Below the pieces are notes generated by a model, which saw nothing but the letters and a program-made list of their open reading frames with translations, was not told where the DNA came from and did not search any database. Position numbers and translations under genes: made by a program. DNA of 32,000 nt, taken from the NCBI RefSeq assembly GCF_017876815.1, contig NZ_JAGIOS010000001.1:3780001-3812000 (forward strand). Direction: 5' to 3'. How positions within the stretch are numbered: the stretch's first letter is position 1; each line of letters begins with the position of its first letter. The DNA is from Sinorhizobium meliloti (GTDB lineage: Bacteria > Pseudomonadota > Alphaproteobacteria > Rhizobiales > Rhizobiaceae). Of this stretch, positions 30,223 through 32,000 are shown one piece after another.

Positions 30223-30298
30223 GGGCGATTAGCTCAGTTGGTAGAGCGCCTCGTTTACACCGAGGATGTCGGGAGTTCGAGTCTCTCATCGCCCACCA
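30223..30298 (+). tRNA. tRNA-Val (anticodon TAC)
   Basis: GGGCGATTAGCTCAGTTGGTAGAGCGCCTCGTTTACACCGAGGATGTCGGGAGTTCGAGTCTCTCATCGCCCACCA is 76 nt. Acceptor stem GGGCGAT/ATCGCCC, anticodon loop TTTACAC, encoded CCA, followed by TTTTT. Confidence 0.95.
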
Positions 30299-30410
30299 TT
30301 TTTCCATATGACAGGCAATGTTTGCGCAGGCGGCTCTCGCGAGTCGTCTCTTTTTGAAGCCGCAGCGATGCCGGACGCCGCGCTGTCTGCGTAGCGCACG
30401 CCCTCCGACC

Positions 30411-30527
30411 GTCATTCCTGTGCCTGCCACAGGAATCCAGCCTGCCCAAGTCCTTGGGCGAATAGACTCTTCAGCGCCGCAGACGCGGCGCTGCTGGATC
30501 CCTGTGACGAGCACAGGGATGAGGAGG
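30411..30527. repeat. B-type MITE/RIME-like element, copy 2 (most complete, ~117 bp with ~25-bp terminal inverted repeats)
   Basis: The left end is gtcattcctgtgcctgccacaggaatcc. The right end ggatccctgtgacgagcacagggatgag is its imperfect reverse complement. The interior ...gcccaagtccttgggc...ccgcagacgcggcgctgctg matches 1233-1346. Confidence 0.7.
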
Positions 30528-30631
30528 AGAGGGTGCCGTCCTCAGAGCACCTCCCGTAGGCCGTACGGAAGTCAGGAGACTGCGCGCGTATCCCCAGGTG
30601 AACGTTGATGTAGCCCCGCAACCCCCACTCC

Positions 30632-30690
30632 CTCATTCCTGTGCTTGTCACAGGAATCCAGCCAGCCCAAGTCCTTGGGCTGAAAAACTC
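30632..30690. repeat. B-type element, copy 3 (left half only)
   Basis: ctcattcctgtgcttgtcacaggaatccagccagcccaagtccttgggctgaaaaactc matches the left halves of copies 1 and 2, then diverges. Confidence 0.6.
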
Positions 30691-30748
30691 GCAGGCGATG
30701 GGCGAGCGGTGACCTGCCGGGAGACAACGGATAGGGCTGGTTTCGTCG

Positions 30749-31015
30749 CCCCTCATCCGGCCTGCCGGCCACCTTCTCCCCGCGAGCGGGGCGAAGGGGA
30801 CTCGCGGCGTGGCTCTGCCCTCAGCCGCTTACGGGGGAGCGGCGGGCCCGAGGCTTGCCCCTTCTCCCCGTCATACGGGGAGAAGGTCGCGGCAGCGGGA
30901 TGAGGGGCTGCCAGAAACACCCGGCGCAGCAGCTCCGTTACCCCTCCCGCCATAAGCGTGGATAAGCTCTGGGACCTTCGACATCGTCACGTACGACCGA
31001 ATAATCCGCTACCCG
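30749..31015. repeat. Tandem direct repeat unit 1 (267 bp), containing a ~160-bp A-type palindromic core (30749-30909)
   Basis: See unit 2. The core has inverted arms gcccctcatccggcctgccggccaccttctccccg / cggggagaaggtcgcggcagcgggatgaggggc. It also has a perfect 11-bp hairpin ccttctccccg-tcata-cggggagaagg (30860-30886). Confidence 0.85.
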
Positions 31016-31279
31016 CCCCTCATCCGGCCTGCCGGCCACCTTCTCCCCGCAAGCGGGGCGAAGGGGACTCGCGGCGTGGCTCTGCCCTCAGCCGCTTACG
31101 GGGGAGCGGCGGGCCCGAGGCTTGCCCCTTCTCCCCGTCATACGGGGAGAAGGTCGCGGCAGCGGGATGAAGGGCTGCCACGAATCGAAAACACCCGGCG
31201 CAGCAGCTCCGTTACCCCTCCCGCCATAAGCGTGGAAAAGCCCGGGGCCTTCGACATCGTCACGCACGACCCCTACCCG
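31016..31279. repeat. Tandem direct repeat unit 2 (~264 bp)
   Basis: The first ~165 nt differ from unit 1 at only 2 positions (gcGagc/gcAagc, gatgaGggg/gatgaAggg). The remaining ~100 nt are homologous but carry indels and several substitutions. The unit ends exactly on the stop codon (cta, 31273-31275) of the cupin gene. Confidence 0.85.
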
Positions 31280-31671
31280 CCCCGATACTGCTCCTCCGTC
31301 ACATGCTCGAGCCAGTCCACCACCTTGCCGTCGAACGCTTCCTGAATCGCGATGTGCGTCATGCCGGTCTCGGACGCGGCGCCATGCCAGTGCTTTTCTC
31401 CCGGCGGGAACCAGACGACGTCGCCGGCGCGGATCTCGCGCAGTTCCCCGCCCCAGCTCTGCGCAAGGCCGCGGCCTGCGGTGACGATCAGGGTCTGGCC
31501 GAGCGGGTGCGTGTGCCAGGCGGTGCGTGCGCCGGGCTCGAAGGTCACGGTCGCGCCGCGTACCCGTGCGGGTGACGGCGCCTCGAAGGCTGGGTCCACG
31601 CGCACGGAGCCGGTGAAATATTCGGCCGGGCCGCGCGCCGAGGGTCTCGATCCGCATTCGAAGATTTCCAT
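31273..31671 (-). CDS. Cupin-domain protein (cupin_2 type, ~132 aa)
   Basis: ATG at 31671 with SD AAGGAGG (ctcaaaggaggcaccaATG). [17 protein letters not shown] and [16 protein letters not shown] match the two cupin metal-binding motifs. The ORF-track start at 31755 adds 28 residues with no SD. Confidence 0.85.
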   Translation of the reverse strand: MEIFECGSRPSARGPAEYFTGSVRVDPAFEAPSPARVRGATVTFEPGARTAWHTHPLGQTLIVTAGRGLAQSWGGELREIRAGDVVWFPPGEKHWHGAASETGMTHIAIQEAFDGKVVDWLEHVTEEQYRGG

Positions 31672-31759
31672 TGGTGCCTCCTTTGAGGGACTTCGCCGGG
31701 CCAGCCGACGGGTGATGCAGGGCCAAGGCGCATGCAGCTTACCTCCTTCCGGCAAGCGG

Positions 31760-32000
31760 CTACAACCGGTGGATCGTCACGCCCGGGCAGGCGCTCCGCG
31801 CAATGTCGCAAAGATGCTCGTGGTGGGTCAGATAGATCACCTGCCCGACATCGGCCATTTCCGCCATCAGCTCGAAGGCGCGGCCGGCGCGGCCGTCGTC
31901 GAAGGTTTCCATGATGTCGTCGGCGATGAAGGGCAGCGTTTCCCGCGTCGCCGCGACCTCGTGGTAGCCGGCGATCCTGAGCGCGAGATAGAGCTGGAAG
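31760..32000 (-). CDS. C-terminal 80 aa of an SMC/SbcC/YhaN-like ABC-type ATPase (5' part outside the window)
   Basis: Not in the ORF track because it has no start in the window; read manually. It translates as ..[78 protein letters not shown]. That gives a post-signature helix, Walker B/D-loop (PFIADDI..FDD) and H-loop (YLTHH). Stop TAG is at 31762-31760. Confidence 0.6.
   Translation of the reverse strand, partial: FQLYLALRIAGYHEVAATRETLPFIADDIMETFDDGRAGRAFELMAEMADVGQVIYLTHHEHLCDIARSACPGVTIHRL

Noticed and set aside
30080-31170. ORFs 30080-30514 (-), 30318-30608 (+), 30412-30756 (-), 30598-30903 (+), 30753-30953 (-) and 30958-31170 (+)
   Set aside because: All are translations of the tRNA-Val gene and/or the A/B repeat elements. 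Two of them share an identical 50-aa stretch only because of the tandem duplication. No SD or plausible domains.
30749-31279. Possible CRISPR array
   Set aside because: There are only two units of ~267 bp, with no short repeat/unique spacer periodicity and no cas genes. It is a tandem duplication of a palindromic element, not CRISPR.
29555-31280. tRNA-associated genomic island or prophage remnant
   Set aside because: No integrase, no phage-like ORFs and no direct repeat of a tRNA 3' end were found downstream of tRNA-Val or tRNA-Asp. Only non-coding repeats are present.
31088-31726. 212-aa minus-strand ORF overlapping the cupin gene in another frame
   Set aside because: Its Arg/Gly/Pro-rich translation has no motifs. 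The alternative frame gives a textbook cupin with an AAGGAGG SD.

Overview
This window is a chromosomal core segment of a high-GC Rhizobiaceae-type alpha-proteobacterium. Gene order and intergenic repeats look Sinorhizobium/Ensifer-like, but that is from memory and unverified. Almost all genes are on the minus strand. From high to low coordinates they are: a complete NADH:quinone oxidoreductase (complex I) operon nuoABCD-orf84-nuoEF-orf214-nuoGHIJKLMN, then birA, RNase J, methylmalonyl-CoA epimerase and a DUF1467 protein; further down, proS-lolE-lolD and dnaE. On the plus strand there is a 5'-truncated L,D-transpeptidase, a vapBC toxin-antitoxin pair in an AT-richer gap, and tRNA-Val. Two identical tRNA-Asp genes lie on the minus strand upstream of nuoA. 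The right end carries a repeat-dense intergenic tract, a small cupin gene and the 3' end of an SMC/SbcC-like ATPase. I see no multi-gene defence, secretion or biosynthetic system. The items worth a second look are small. (1) Two non-core ORFs are tightly embedded in the nuo operon: an 84-aa signal-peptide protein and a 214-aa protein with a helix-hairpin-helix-like C-terminus. (2) A heavily structured 200-bp spacer lies inside the operon. (3) An orphan intrinsic terminator with a promoter-like element suggests a ~150-nt sRNA next to proS. (4) A 28-aa hydrophobic ORF with a strong Shine-Dalgarno lies upstream of dnaE. (5) Two families of palindromic MITE/RIME-like repeats share terminal motifs, one forming a 267-bp tandem duplication. 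All long ORFs antisense to these genes are treated as GC-driven artefacts.
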